Positions 48,583-57,619 of a stretch of DNA of 64,000 nucleotides are shown here, piece after piece. The position numbers were made by a program, and so were the translations under genes. The stretch covers positions 18 through 64,017 of the forward strand of contig CAZFHZ010000006.1 of NCBI GenBank assembly GCA_964519015.1. Reading direction: 5' to 3'. Below the pieces are notes generated by a model, which saw only the letters and a list, made by a program, of their open reading frames with translations, was not told the origin of the DNA and made no database searches. The first letter of the stretch is position 1, and each line of letters begins with the position of its first letter. This stretch comes from an uncultured Gemmatimonadota bacterium (GTDB taxonomy: Bacteria > Blakebacterota > Blakebacteria > Blakebacterales > CAYUVJ01).

Positions 48583-48761
48583 GAGCGATACCCGGCTTGA
48601 CGTTAGCCGCGGACCACCCGGGGCGTGTCCGCGCCGATGCAAAACGGCTCCCCGCACCACGGGAAGCCGCACGCTCCGGCGGCCGCAGCCTCCGGCCGCA
48701 CTGCGGGCTATATTAACCGAAGCGGCACGATCCGACGAGCACTTTTTCCGGCGGAGGGACG

Positions 48762-49352
48762 ATGCTTTCACTGACCTGGTGGATCGGACGACCCTGGCGT
48801 TTCATCTGGGGCCCGATGGAGCTCTCCGCCATCGTCGCGGCGACCCTGCTGCTGGGAGGAGGCATCGCGCTCGGCATGCTGCTGGAACGGCGGGACGTGC
48901 GCTGGGCGGTCGCCTGGGCTCGCTGGTTCGTGGCCTGGGTCATCGACTGGGTCGAGCGCAACCCCCGGGCGATCGTCCGGACCGCCCTTCTGATCTGGTC
49001 GGTCAACAGCCTGACCGTGGGGCTGGTCGTGCTGGCCAGCTGGGCCCCCCCGCTGAGCGCGCTGCTGCTGGTGGTTGCCGGGCTCAACACCGGGGTGGGT
49101 CTGCAGCGCCTGGGCGGGACCCGGGCCCTGCTGGTGCTGCTGATGCCGCACGCCTGGATCGAGCTTCCGGCCACCTTGACCGCAGGCGCCGCCGCCCTGG
49201 AGGCGAGCGTCTACACCCTCGGCCTGAACGGATTCGATCCGGTGGCCGACCCGGTCTGGGCGCTCGCCTTCTTCCTCCGCTCCAGTCTGGCGCTGCTGCT
49301 CGGGGCGGCCGTGCTGGAAGCGGCCCTGCTCAGCGTGCGGGCCCAGGAGTAG
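48762..49352 (+). CDS. SpoIIM / DUF95-family integral membrane protein
   Basis: Multiple TM helices; LLMPHAWIELPATL resembles the PHGxxExPA motif of stage II sporulation protein M-family proteins. Confidence 0.55.
   Translation: MLSLTWWIGRPWRFIWGPMELSAIVAATLLLGGGIALGMLLERRDVRWAVAWARWFVAWVIDWVERNPRAIVRTALLIWSVNSLTVGLVVLASWAPPLSALLLVVAGLNTGVGLQRLGGTRALLVLLMPHAWIELPATLTAGAAALEASVYTLGLNGFDPVADPVWALAFFLRSSLALLLGAAVLEAALLSVRAQE
49304..49351 (+). repeat. Direct repeat copy A (3' end of SpoIIM-like gene), partner of 52921..53005
   Basis: GCGGCCGTGCTGGAAGCGGCCCTGCTCAGCGTGCGGGCCCAGGAGTAG; the last 27 nt match 52979..53005 with 2 mismatches. Confidence 0.7.
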
Positions 49353-49380
49353 GCGGTGGGTCACTGCCCGCGGCTTCCGG

Positions 49381-50547
49381 CTACTGTCCCCCCTCTCTGG
49401 GCTCCAAGGCCACGATCACACCGTTCGCGTAGTCGTAGGTGTAAAAGGTGGGCGCTGATGGGTTGTCGTCTACCACGAAGCGATGGGGCGCGAACTCCTC
49501 GGACGAGAACTCCTTCAGGTGGAACCACTTCACCGGTTTCATCGTGCGCGGATCGAACGCGTAAATGCCGAGCGTCCCGTACGGCTCCATCGGGGTGAGC
49601 CCCTTCCGGGCGACCCCGCTCACCATCACGTAGAGGAAGCCGGAGGAGGGCTGCCGGGCTACTCCGCTGAAACAGACCGCTTCGACTGGGCCGACCATCG
49701 GGCCCTGCGGACCATTCCCGCTTCGGTTGAGCCAATCCACATACTCGATGTTGGATACCACCTCGGGCAAATCCACCGGCTTCTCGAGCAGGAGCTCGCC
49801 CTGTGTGGACCAGACCTCCAGGAGCGGTCGGGACTCCCAGAGGAAGACCAGCGAGTCCCTTCCCGCGATCTCCAACAGGCCTTCGTTGGACCTTCCGACG
49901 CTCCCATCCCCCATCCCTTCGGGTCGGTAGATCTCTCCAAAATGGGCGATCAGTGTCCCGTCAATCCTGACGTGATGGATGCGTTTGAGGTCGGTCCTCC
50001 ACTGGAAGGGGTCGACAATCCAAAATGCATCCGATTCGGTTAGCGTAAGGGTGGCGTTGCTCTGGATACGGAACTGCCGTGCCGAGATCCGATCGATGAA
50101 CTCGGACGAGGTCGCGGAGAGGTGGAAATACGAGAGGGACATGCGCCATGTTCCCCTGTCCCCGACCCACAGGGTGGAAGTGGCCTCGTCATAAGCCAGA
50201 TCCCACGGTTCGCCGAACTCGCCGGGTCCCTCTCCGGAACGCCCTATGATCTCGATCAGCTCACCGGAAGTGTCGAACCTGATCACACGTGACCGCTCAC
50301 TGTCAGAAACCACCAGTTGTCCGGGGGGGATCCAGAGGATGTCTCGAGACCCCCCGATGACCTGCCAATCCTCCAAATTCGGAGAGAGCGGATCCCAGAG
50401 CGGTCTCAAGGTTAACTCGATCGACTCGATCCCCCGAATCGGCCTCGGTGCATGGACTCGGAAGAGCACGAACCAGGCGGCCACTCCGATGAGCGCGATC
50501 ACCACCAGGTCGATCAGGATCCTGCGTATCCCGCCACTGATCTTCAT
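49381..50547 (-). CDS. Membrane-anchored NHL-like 6-bladed beta-propeller protein (paralog 2 of 3)
   Basis: N-terminal TM anchor (ILIDLVVIALIGVAAWFVLF); blade motif GRSGEGPGEFGEPWDL shared with paralogs; sampled windows show lower GC (~55-58%) than flanking genes. Confidence 0.7.
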   Translation of the reverse strand: MKISGGIRRILIDLVVIALIGVAAWFVLFRVHAPRPIRGIESIELTLRPLWDPLSPNLEDWQVIGGSRDILWIPPGQLVVSDSERSRVIRFDTSGELIEIIGRSGEGPGEFGEPWDLAYDEATSTLWVGDRGTWRMSLSYFHLSATSSEFIDRISARQFRIQSNATLTLTESDAFWIVDPFQWRTDLKRIHHVRIDGTLIAHFGEIYRPEGMGDGSVGRSNEGLLEIAGRDSLVFLWESRPLLEVWSTQGELLLEKPVDLPEVVSNIEYVDWLNRSGNGPQGPMVGPVEAVCFSGVARQPSSGFLYVMVSGVARKGLTPMEPYGTLGIYAFDPRTMKPVKWFHLKEFSSEEFAPHRFVVDDNPSAPTFYTYDYANGVIVALEPREGGQ

Positions 50548-50710
50548 ATGGCCCCCCTCCCCGGGATGGAATCCATCCGCCCGGCTATGGAACGAGACGA
50601 TTGCCGCAACTGCTCTGGCAGAGGCAGACGGCGGCCACTACCAGGTGGAGGACGCCACGGAGTCGGTGCCGCGACCGGGCGGCGGAAACCGGCATGGTTC
50701 TCATCGCGTT

Positions 50711-51501
50711 CTATTCCCGATAGGTGTCCCGGCTTCGGACCCGGTAGAAGTACTCGTAGCCGAGCAGAACCGCGACCAGCAGAGTCACGGGCAGGAATGG
50801 GATGAGTTCCTGCCCCCATATGTCCGGCCTGAGTGCTCCGGGCCATCTGGTTCCCAGCGCCAGCCCGACCAGCCTGCGATCCAGGGAGGACAGGTTCAAT
50901 CCACCGAAAACCGGCACCAGCGCCACCACCAAGAGAACCAGCCACTGCCAGGATTTCAGGAGCGGACGGTTCCGGCGGCTCTCAAGGAGCAGAATGAAAA
51001 AAGAAAAGACGAGGCTCAGCACGAGCACGCCGGCGATGATCCAGAAGATGACTCCCTTGACGGCGACGACATCCCAGAACCCGAGCTCCTCCGGACCGGA
51101 CAGGTTGCGGCCCAGGCGGAACTGAGTCACGTCCACGAAGAAGAGCAGCCAGAATCCCAGCAGGACCAGGGTGACGCCGTGCAGGCTCACGGTCCGCCCC
51201 ACTCGGGCGAGGGCGATCTCCGTACGCGTGACCGGCAGGGGTAGGAGGAACCGCAGCCTCCGTTCCGCCTTGTCCACCGAGATGGTCTTGAAGGTCCAGT
51301 AGACATGCCCGGCCAGAACGAGCCACATCAGCAGACCGAACTCATCACCCAGCGAGGGACCAACAATGAAACCGGCCCCTGAGTGGTGCTCGTGGAGGGT
51401 TAAGAAGAGGGCCAGCGCCAATAAGCAGCCGTATCCGACCAGGATCGTCCGCCTGGAATACCGCAGGTCCGCCAGCAGCAGTTGCCCGGCCCGTCTAAGC
51501 A
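50711..51501 (-). CDS. ABC-2-type transporter permease
   Basis: Six hydrophobic helices; GTG start placed where the frame emerges from the ATPase stop; the upstream 140 codons of the ORF overlap the ATPase gene and are rejected. Confidence 0.65.
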
Positions 51502-52385
51502 CGATCCGTCCCTCCCTCCCGGTCCTTGAGGATTGCGACCGCAATCTCGTCGATGCCCAGGTGAGACACGTGAAGATCCCGGGCACCAATCGAATCCAGC
51601 TGGTGGAGTACGGCCTGGTAATCACCGGTCGTAATCCTGTGCTCGGATCCCCGGGAGCGGTGCTCGTGGATCCCGGCCATGAGCGGCAGGTCGCCGTCGA
51701 AGGTGAAGAGGATCTGCCGCCACCGGTCCACCAGGAGGTCGGTACGCTCTCGGCGGAAGATCTTGCCATCCCGGATGAAAGCCAGCTCGTCGGCCAGCCG
51801 CGAAATGTCTCCCAGCACGTGGGTGGCATAGAGGATCGAATGTTCCTCCTCCTCGGCCATGAACGCCCGCATGAGGTCCAGGGCGGTGGACCGCACGACC
51901 GGATCCAGGCCATCCGTGGGTTCATCGAAGAGGAGGAGGTGGGGCCGGTGAGCGAGGGCGGCCACCAGCCCCAATTTCACTCGGCTGCCCCGGGAGAGAA
52001 CCTGCACCGGCTTTTCCAGATCCAGGTCGAGCTGCTTGGCCAGGGCGGCCGCCAGCCGCCGATCCCAGTCCGGGTAGAAGCCGGCCAGGAATCCCAGATT
52101 CTCCCGGCCGGTCCACGACTCGTAGAACGGCCGTTCCTCTCCCAGGAACCCGATCGGCAGCTTCCACTCTGTCTTCCGGGCCTGCTGAGGCAGACCCGCG
52201 ACCTCCACCGTCCCCCGCTCGGGGAGAAGCAGACCGGCAATCAGGTGGAGCGTTGTGCTCTTACCCGCGCCGTTGGGACCCAGCAATCCCAGGACGGTGC
52301 CCGGCTCAAGTTCCAGATCGAGGGGCCCCAAAGTGAATCCGGGGAAGGACTTCATCAGGGTTGAAACCTTCAAGACGGCCGTCAT
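51495..52385 (-). CDS. ABC transporter ATP-binding protein
   Basis: Walker A GPNGAGKST, signature LSRGSRVKL, Walker B LLLFDEP, H-loop. Confidence 0.9.
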   Translation of the reverse strand: MTAVLKVSTLMKSFPGFTLGPLDLELEPGTVLGLLGPNGAGKSTTLHLIAGLLLPERGTVEVAGLPQQARKTEWKLPIGFLGEERPFYESWTGRENLGFLAGFYPDWDRRLAAALAKQLDLDLEKPVQVLSRGSRVKLGLVAALAHRPHLLLFDEPTDGLDPVVRSTALDLMRAFMAEEEEHSILYATHVLGDISRLADELAFIRDGKIFRRERTDLLVDRWRQILFTFDGDLPLMAGIHEHRSRGSEHRITTGDYQAVLHQLDSIGARDLHVSHLGIDEIAVAILKDREGGTDRA

Positions 52386-52789
52386 ACCGGTGCTCCTGTT
52401 GTTTTCAGGCTGTCCTCGATAATCCCGCGCACCTGGTCGGCATCCAGCCCCTGCGCCAGCGCGTCTCGTACCACCGGGGTGAGGGCCTCGCGGAGCCGTT
52501 CGAGGGCCAGCCCCTCCTTCTCGGGTCCCGACAGGGGGGAGACGAAGAACCCTTTGCCCGGCCGGGCATGGACAAGGCCCTCGCCTTCGAGGTCGGAGTA
52601 GGCGCGCTTGACTGTGATGACACTGACCCGCTGGTCCCGGGCCAACTCGCGGATGGAGGGAAGTCCATCCCCCGGCGCCAGGCGGCCGGACAGGATACGC
52701 GCCCGGATCTGCCGGGAGATCTGACCGTGGAGGGGTTCCGCAGATTGTTCGCTGAGATTCAGCAGCATGTCCCGGCTGTCCGTCCGCAA
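52382..52789 (-). CDS. GntR-family transcriptional regulator, short YtrA-like subfamily
   Basis: 135 aa; wHTH LPSIRELARDQRVSVITVKRAYSDLEGEGLV; short C-terminal extension typical of YtrA subfamily; TTG start at 52789 or ATG at 52768. Confidence 0.8.
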   Translation of the reverse strand: MRTDSRDMLLNLSEQSAEPLHGQISRQIRARILSGRLAPGDGLPSIRELARDQRVSVITVKRAYSDLEGEGLVHARPGKGFFVSPLSGPEKEGLALERLREALTPVVRDALAQGLDADQVRGIIEDSLKTTGAPV

Positions 52790-52801
52790 TGGATATCCAT
52801 G
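52790..52801. promoter_or_regulatory. Perfect palindrome ATGGATATCCAT abutting the GntR start, within an AT-rich promoter (52790..52870)
   Basis: Read directly; followed by TTTATACTATATATATACGGTAGATACAAG, the most AT-rich 40 nt of the window; candidate YtrA-type operator/promoter. Confidence 0.5.
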
Positions 52802-52920
52802 GCGAGTACTGGCCTGACCCGCTAGCTGTTTATACTATATATATACGGTAGATACAAGTCAAGCATGGAGAATCAATAGGCGGTCTTCCCCGGAATAGGG
52901 ACCTCCGTTCGTCCGCTGTT

Positions 52921-52995
52921 GCTCAGGGCGGCCGTGCTCTGAGCGGCCGTGCTCTGAGCGGCTGTGCTCGGAGCGGCCAGGCTCAGCGTGCGGGT
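52921..52995. repeat. 15-bp tandem repeat x5 (consensus GCTCWGAGCGGCCGT); expanded copy B of the SpoIIM-gene 3' end
   Basis: Units gctcagggcggccgt / gctctgagcggccgt / gctctgagcggctgt / gctcggagcggccag / gctcagcgtgcgggt; continues into ..ccgggagtag (to 53005), mirroring 49304..49351. Confidence 0.75.
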
Positions 52996-54584
52996 CCGGG
53001 AGTAGGCACTCCGGCGGGCGCCGTGGCCGACCCGGGCGGGACCGGCCCGGCCGGGTCCGGAGCGGGTGCTGGTGCACCCGGCCGGACATGGCTGGTATCG
53101 GGAGCCAGCAGCAGGCTCAGGGAGCACCCCCCGACCAGCAGCAGGATCCCGGTGAAGACGAAGCCGTTCTGGAAGGCCAGCACCTGCGCCCGGTGGGAGA
53201 TCTGGCCGGCAGCCAGCGCGGTGGCCCCGGCCGTCCCGCCGCTCAGAGAGGCCAACCGGGAGAAGGGAATAGAGGCGGCCGGCAGCAGTTCCCCCATGCG
53301 GACCGCGTGCTGGTGGGCGGCGCCGGTAACGTAGGTGTTGAGCAGGGCGATCCCGAAGGCCCCCCCCACCCGCTGCATGATGTTGAGGAAGCTGGCGGCC
53401 GTGGGCACCGACCGGCGCGGCACCGCGTTGATGGCGGCGGTCATGAGCGGGGCCATCATGAGGGCCAGGCCGATCCCCCTCAGGATCTGCGGTCCGATGA
53501 TGCCGGCCGCCCCGGTGAGCGGGTCGAGCCGGCCGTAGAGCAGCATCGAGACGGCCGCCGTGGCCGTCCCGATGAACACCAGCGGACGCGGGTTGAAGCG
53601 GTCGGAGAGCCGGCCCGCCACCGGCATGAAGGCCCCCACCGCGAGCGCTCCCGGCATCATCCAAAGGCCGGTCTGCAGGGTCGTGTAGCCGACCAGGTTC
53701 TCCAGGAAGATGGGCAGCAGGAAGACCCCGCCGAACAGGCCGATCGCTCGGAAGACGGCCAGCGCCATGCTCATGGTGTAGTTGCGGTAGCGGAAGAGGT
53801 TGAGGTCGAGCAGGGGCCTGGCCGCCGAGAACTCCACCCCCAGGAAGAGCACCAGCCCGATCACCGCCAGGGCCGAGGCGGTCAGCACATAGGTCGAGTC
53901 CCACCCCTTCTGCTGCCCGTTGGAGAGGGCCAGCAGTCCGGCGATCAGGAAGAGGGAGAGGAAGGCGTAGCCCAGGACGTCGAGCCGGGAGGGCTGCTCA
54001 CTCCGTTCATCATGCCGTTTCATCACGATCAGCCCGGTGGCCAGCAGGAGCACCCCGATCGGCAGGTTGACCGAGAAGATGCTCCGCCAGCCGAGCCAGT
54101 CGGTCAGGTAGCCCCCCAGGGTGGGTCCCACCGCCGGTCCCACCATGATCCCCATCGACCAGATCCCCAGCGCCCGGCCCCGCTCGTGCGGCTCGAAGAG
54201 GCTGGCCACCAGCGCCATCCCGATCGGCTGGATGGCCCCTCCGCCGACCGCCTGCACGACGCGGGCGAGGATGAGCGACTCCATACTCCAGGCCAGCGCA
54301 CAGAAGGCGGAACCGAGCGTGAAGAGGAAGAGACTGCCCAGGTAGAGGGTCTTGTAGGTCACCCGGTCGGTCAGCCAGCCGATCAGCGGCATGGCGACCG
54401 CGCTGGCCAGCATGAAGGCGGTGGCCACCCATTCGATGGCCTCCCGGTCCACCCCGAAGGCGCTCATCATGTGCGGCAGGGCGACGTTGACGATGCTCGA
54501 GTCGAGGATCGCCATCAGGGTCCCGGTCATCACGATGCCCAGGACCAGCCAGCGGTAGTAGCGACCCGGGGAGGGATCGCTCAT
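52983..54584 (-). CDS. emrB: MFS transporter, DHA2 (EmrB/QacA, 14-TMS) drug-efflux family
   Basis: MFS motif GWLTDRVTYKTLYL / LARVVQAVGGGA; 14 predicted TMs; 4-bp overlap with emrA stop; Pro/Ala-rich C-terminal tail overlaps the tandem-repeat region. Confidence 0.85.
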   Translation of the reverse strand: MSDPSPGRYYRWLVLGIVMTGTLMAILDSSIVNVALPHMMSAFGVDREAIEWVATAFMLASAVAMPLIGWLTDRVTYKTLYLGSLFLFTLGSAFCALAWSMESLILARVVQAVGGGAIQPIGMALVASLFEPHERGRALGIWSMGIMVGPAVGPTLGGYLTDWLGWRSIFSVNLPIGVLLLATGLIVMKRHDERSEQPSRLDVLGYAFLSLFLIAGLLALSNGQQKGWDSTYVLTASALAVIGLVLFLGVEFSAARPLLDLNLFRYRNYTMSMALAVFRAIGLFGGVFLLPIFLENLVGYTTLQTGLWMMPGALAVGAFMPVAGRLSDRFNPRPLVFIGTATAAVSMLLYGRLDPLTGAAGIIGPQILRGIGLALMMAPLMTAAINAVPRRSVPTAASFLNIMQRVGGAFGIALLNTYVTGAAHQHAVRMGELLPAASIPFSRLASLSGGTAGATALAAGQISHRAQVLAFQNGFVFTGILLLVGGCSLSLLLAPDTSHVRPGAPAPAPDPAGPVPPGSATAPAGVPTPGPAR

Positions 54585-55705
54585 CGAGAGGGACCACCCG
54601 GTCCGCTGCGGCCAGCCCCCTGCCCCCCGACATGGATGCGGACGTGGGCGGAGAGTCCGGGGAGCAGGAGTGGTTCGGTCCCCTTCCCCTCCCCATCGGA
54701 GAGGGGCAGCAGCCGGATGCGCACCGGCACGCGCTGGGAGACTTTGATGAAGGTGCCCGCGACCCCCTCGGAGGGGATCAGGCTGAAGGAGGACTGGGTC
54801 GCCTGCACGATCGAGACGACCTCACCGGGCAGCACCCGGTCGGGGTAAGCGTCGAGGCGGATGTCCACCCGCTGGCCGGGGGCGACCAGGGCCAGGTGCT
54901 TCTCCTCTATATTGGCCTCCAGCCGCAGGGTAGTGGGATCGTAGAGGGTGACCACCGGGAGGGATGAGGAGGTGTTGCTCCCCGGCTCCCGCCAGCGGCG
55001 CACGATGAGACCGGCCACCGGCGCGACGACTGCGGTCTCCGAGGCCGCGATCCGCGCCTGCTCGATCGCGCTCCGGGCCAGATCGGCGCGGGCCCGGGCG
55101 GAGGCCAGGGCGGCCTCGGCCGCCGCCAGGTCCTCCGGGCGGGTGCCCTGCCGCAGCAGGGACAGGCGCGCCTGCGCCTCGGCCAGCGACTGCCGGTCCA
55201 GTTCCAGGCCGGTCAGCAGGCGGTCGAGCTGCTGGCCGGCCACCGAGCCGGTCTGGGCCAGCCGCTGCTGCCGCTCGAGTTCCTGCTCGGCCAGCCGGAT
55301 CTGGGCCTGGAGCTTCTCCACCTCGGCGGCGGCGACCGCGATCTCCTCGGGCAGCGGACCGTTCCGGGCCCGGCGCAGGCGGGCCTCAGCGCTGGAGGCC
55401 TCGGCCAGGGTGACGCGCAGCCCCTCCTCGGCCTGCCGGACACGCAGGCGGGCGTCCCGCTCGTCGAGCCGGAAAAGGGTGTCCCCGGCCGCCACCCGCT
55501 CCCCTTCGTGCACGCGGACCTCGGCCAGGCGTCCAGCGATCACCGGAGCGAGGTCGATCAGTTCCCCGGCCAGCCGGGCATCATCAGTGGCCAGCACTCC
55601 GACCAGGACGAGCCGCCAGTAGAGGGTCAGGCACAGGGCAGCCAGCAGCAGCGCGCCGAACGCGATCAGGAAGGGCCGGGGGAGACGGGGGAGGGGGAGC
55701 TTCAC
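54581..55705 (-). CDS. emrA: HlyD-family membrane fusion protein (EmrA-like)
   Basis: N-terminal TM anchor, long coiled-coil (AEARLRRA...LAEAQARL), C-terminal beta-domain. Confidence 0.85.
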   Translation of the reverse strand: MKLPLPRLPRPFLIAFGALLLAALCLTLYWRLVLVGVLATDDARLAGELIDLAPVIAGRLAEVRVHEGERVAAGDTLFRLDERDARLRVRQAEEGLRVTLAEASSAEARLRRARNGPLPEEIAVAAAEVEKLQAQIRLAEQELERQQRLAQTGSVAGQQLDRLLTGLELDRQSLAEAQARLSLLRQGTRPEDLAAAEAALASARARADLARSAIEQARIAASETAVVAPVAGLIVRRWREPGSNTSSSLPVVTLYDPTTLRLEANIEEKHLALVAPGQRVDIRLDAYPDRVLPGEVVSIVQATQSSFSLIPSEGVAGTFIKVSQRVPVRIRLLPLSDGEGKGTEPLLLPGLSAHVRIHVGGQGAGRSGPGGPSR

Positions 55706-55728
55706 GGGATATCCTTCGGTTGGGTGGG

Positions 55729-56193
55729 TCAGAGCCGTTCGATGCTCTCATTGAGACGTTCCAGCAGTTCGCTCAGTCGGTCGATATCGCGGGCCGGCCA
55801 CTCCCGGAGGATCTGCCTGTAGGTGGCCATGCGGGCCGCCCGGGCCCGGGTCAGGAAATCCGCTCCCTCGCCGGTCAATTTCAGGCGCACCCGCCGCCGG
55901 TCCGTCTCGCAGGGGGTGCGCGCTACCAGGCCCCCTTCGACCAGCCGGTCGACCAGCCGGCTGGCCGTCGAGGGCTCGACATCAAGGGCAGTGGCCACCT
56001 CACCCAGCCCCTGGTCGGGCCGGGCGAGCCCCTCGATGGCGCGCAGGATCCGGATCGTGCCCGGTTCGACCGCCTGGCCGAAATGGGCGGTGAAGACCTG
56101 ACGCAGGTGGGGCCGGCCCCAGATCCGGCGCAGCCGTGAAAGGGCCACGTCGAGCAGCTCGAGCCGGCGGCGATTGCTTCCGGAAGAGGTCAT
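55729..56193 (-). CDS. MarR-family transcriptional regulator
   Basis: wHTH region (LTRARAARMATYRQILREWPARDIDRLSELLERL); start set at MTSSGSN; precedes emrA-emrB as in emrRAB loci. Confidence 0.8.
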   Translation of the reverse strand: MTSSGSNRRRLELLDVALSRLRRIWGRPHLRQVFTAHFGQAVEPGTIRILRAIEGLARPDQGLGEVATALDVEPSTASRLVDRLVEGGLVARTPCETDRRRVRLKLTGEGADFLTRARAARMATYRQILREWPARDIDRLSELLERLNESIERL

Positions 56194-56211
56194 GCATGTA
56201 CGATGCATCAA

Positions 56212-56228
56212 TTGCATAATACATGCAA
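56212..56228. promoter_or_regulatory. Palindrome TTGCATAATACATGCAA in an AT-rich leader upstream of the MarR gene (candidate MarR operator)
   Basis: Perfect 6-5-6 inverted repeat; two further ATGCAT hexamers within 30 nt upstream. Confidence 0.45.
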
Positions 56229-56412
56229 TAACACATCGTCCTGCCCATCTGCCTCCCTCCCGGCGTCCGGTTGTTCCTCACCGGCCGGCCCGGGTGACAT
56301 CGACAGATGATCCGCGCGGTTTGACCCGGTAGGCATCGTCCATCCGCCTCCCGGCTCGTTGAACGGGGACGGATACCTGCGCGACGGCTGACCCAGGCCG
56401 GGAGGTTTCTCC

Positions 56413-57588
56413 ATGAGGATTCGTGATGCTCCCTGTCCGATCCCCATTCTGACCGTGCTGCTGGTCGCCGGTTGCGGCGGGCAGAGGGGCTCCGACCCGG
56501 TGGTCACTCGCCTCCCCTCCGGGGAGGTCGTGACCACCTACCGCAGCCTGCCGATCCACCCCCTGGTCCTGGACACCCTGGCCGTCTGGGACCTCTGGAG
56601 CGGGGAGAGCGGCTACCTCTTCAGCCGGCTGGCGGGAGCCGCCGGGGACGCCGGCGGCTTCTACCTGCTCGACTCGGGCAACCGGCAGGTGGTCGCGACC
56701 GACCCCCGCGGGCGGGTCCGGACCGTGTTCGGGCGACGGGGGGAAGGGCCGGGTGAGTTCGGTTTCCCCCGTTTCCTGAACGTGGTGGGCGCTCAGGTAT
56801 GGGTCGGGGATATCATGCCGGTGCGTTTCTCCCTCTTCGATCCCGACGGCACCTTCCGCCGGACCATCCCCAGCCTGCGTCCGCTCGTGCCCGGACCCGA
56901 CGGCTGCGCCATTCTCCCCGACGGCCGCGTGCTCAACGCGATGGACGAGGTGGACGGCCGGCTCGCCCTGCTCCGCTTCGATCCGGCCACCGGCACCGGC
57001 GACACCCTGGCGGTCATGGAGAGTCTGGCCGCCGTGGTGATCGAGCTGACCCGCAGCGACGGGAGCGTGGTCCCCTTCGATACCCGGCCCCAGTTCGCCC
57101 CCGAACTCCACTGGGCGTGGTCGGAGACGGGGCGCCTGGTGACCGTCACGGGAGTGGACTACACCTTCGAGGAGCGGGACTCGGGCGGGCGCATCCGGCG
57201 GCGGCTGACCGCCTCCACCCCGGCCCTGGAAGTGACCGCGGCCGACCGGGAGACCTTCTTCCGCGACACCCGCTTCGGCTTCGGTGACGGGGCCGGCGTC
57301 TCCTCGGAGGAGATCCGCCGGCGGTGGGTCTTCGCCGAGCGGCGCCCGGCCATCACCGGGATCCGGATTGATCCGCTCGGGCGGATCTGGGTACTGGCCG
57401 CCACCCCGGACGTGCACGCATCGCGTACCGACCTCTTCGACGCCGACCACCACTACCTGGGGAGCCTGGAACTGCCGGCACTCCCGCTGGCCTTCACCCC
57501 GGACGGCACCGCCCTGCTGCGCATCGTCCGGGAGGAGGGACGGGAGGTTTGTTTCACCGCCCGAATACGATTCCGGAACGAAGATTGA
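56413..57588 (+). CDS. Lipoprotein, NHL-like 6-bladed beta-propeller (paralog 3 of 3)
   Basis: Lipobox LLVAGCGG; blade motif GRRGEGPGEFGFPRF; alignable along its length with 1770..2987. Confidence 0.7.
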   Translation: MRIRDAPCPIPILTVLLVAGCGGQRGSDPVVTRLPSGEVVTTYRSLPIHPLVLDTLAVWDLWSGESGYLFSRLAGAAGDAGGFYLLDSGNRQVVATDPRGRVRTVFGRRGEGPGEFGFPRFLNVVGAQVWVGDIMPVRFSLFDPDGTFRRTIPSLRPLVPGPDGCAILPDGRVLNAMDEVDGRLALLRFDPATGTGDTLAVMESLAAVVIELTRSDGSVVPFDTRPQFAPELHWAWSETGRLVTVTGVDYTFEERDSGGRIRRRLTASTPALEVTAADRETFFRDTRFGFGDGAGVSSEEIRRRWVFAERRPAITGIRIDPLGRIWVLAATPDVHASRTDLFDADHHYLGSLELPALPLAFTPDGTALLRIVREEGREVCFTARIRFRNED

Positions 57589-57619
57589 CCCTCTTGTAAC
57601 GATTTCGTACACTACCGGC

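Noticed and set aside
52921-52995. Tandem 15-bp repeats as a CRISPR array
   Set aside because: Units are contiguous with no spacers, only 15 bp long and degenerate. They derive from the neighbouring gene's 3' end, and no cas genes are present.
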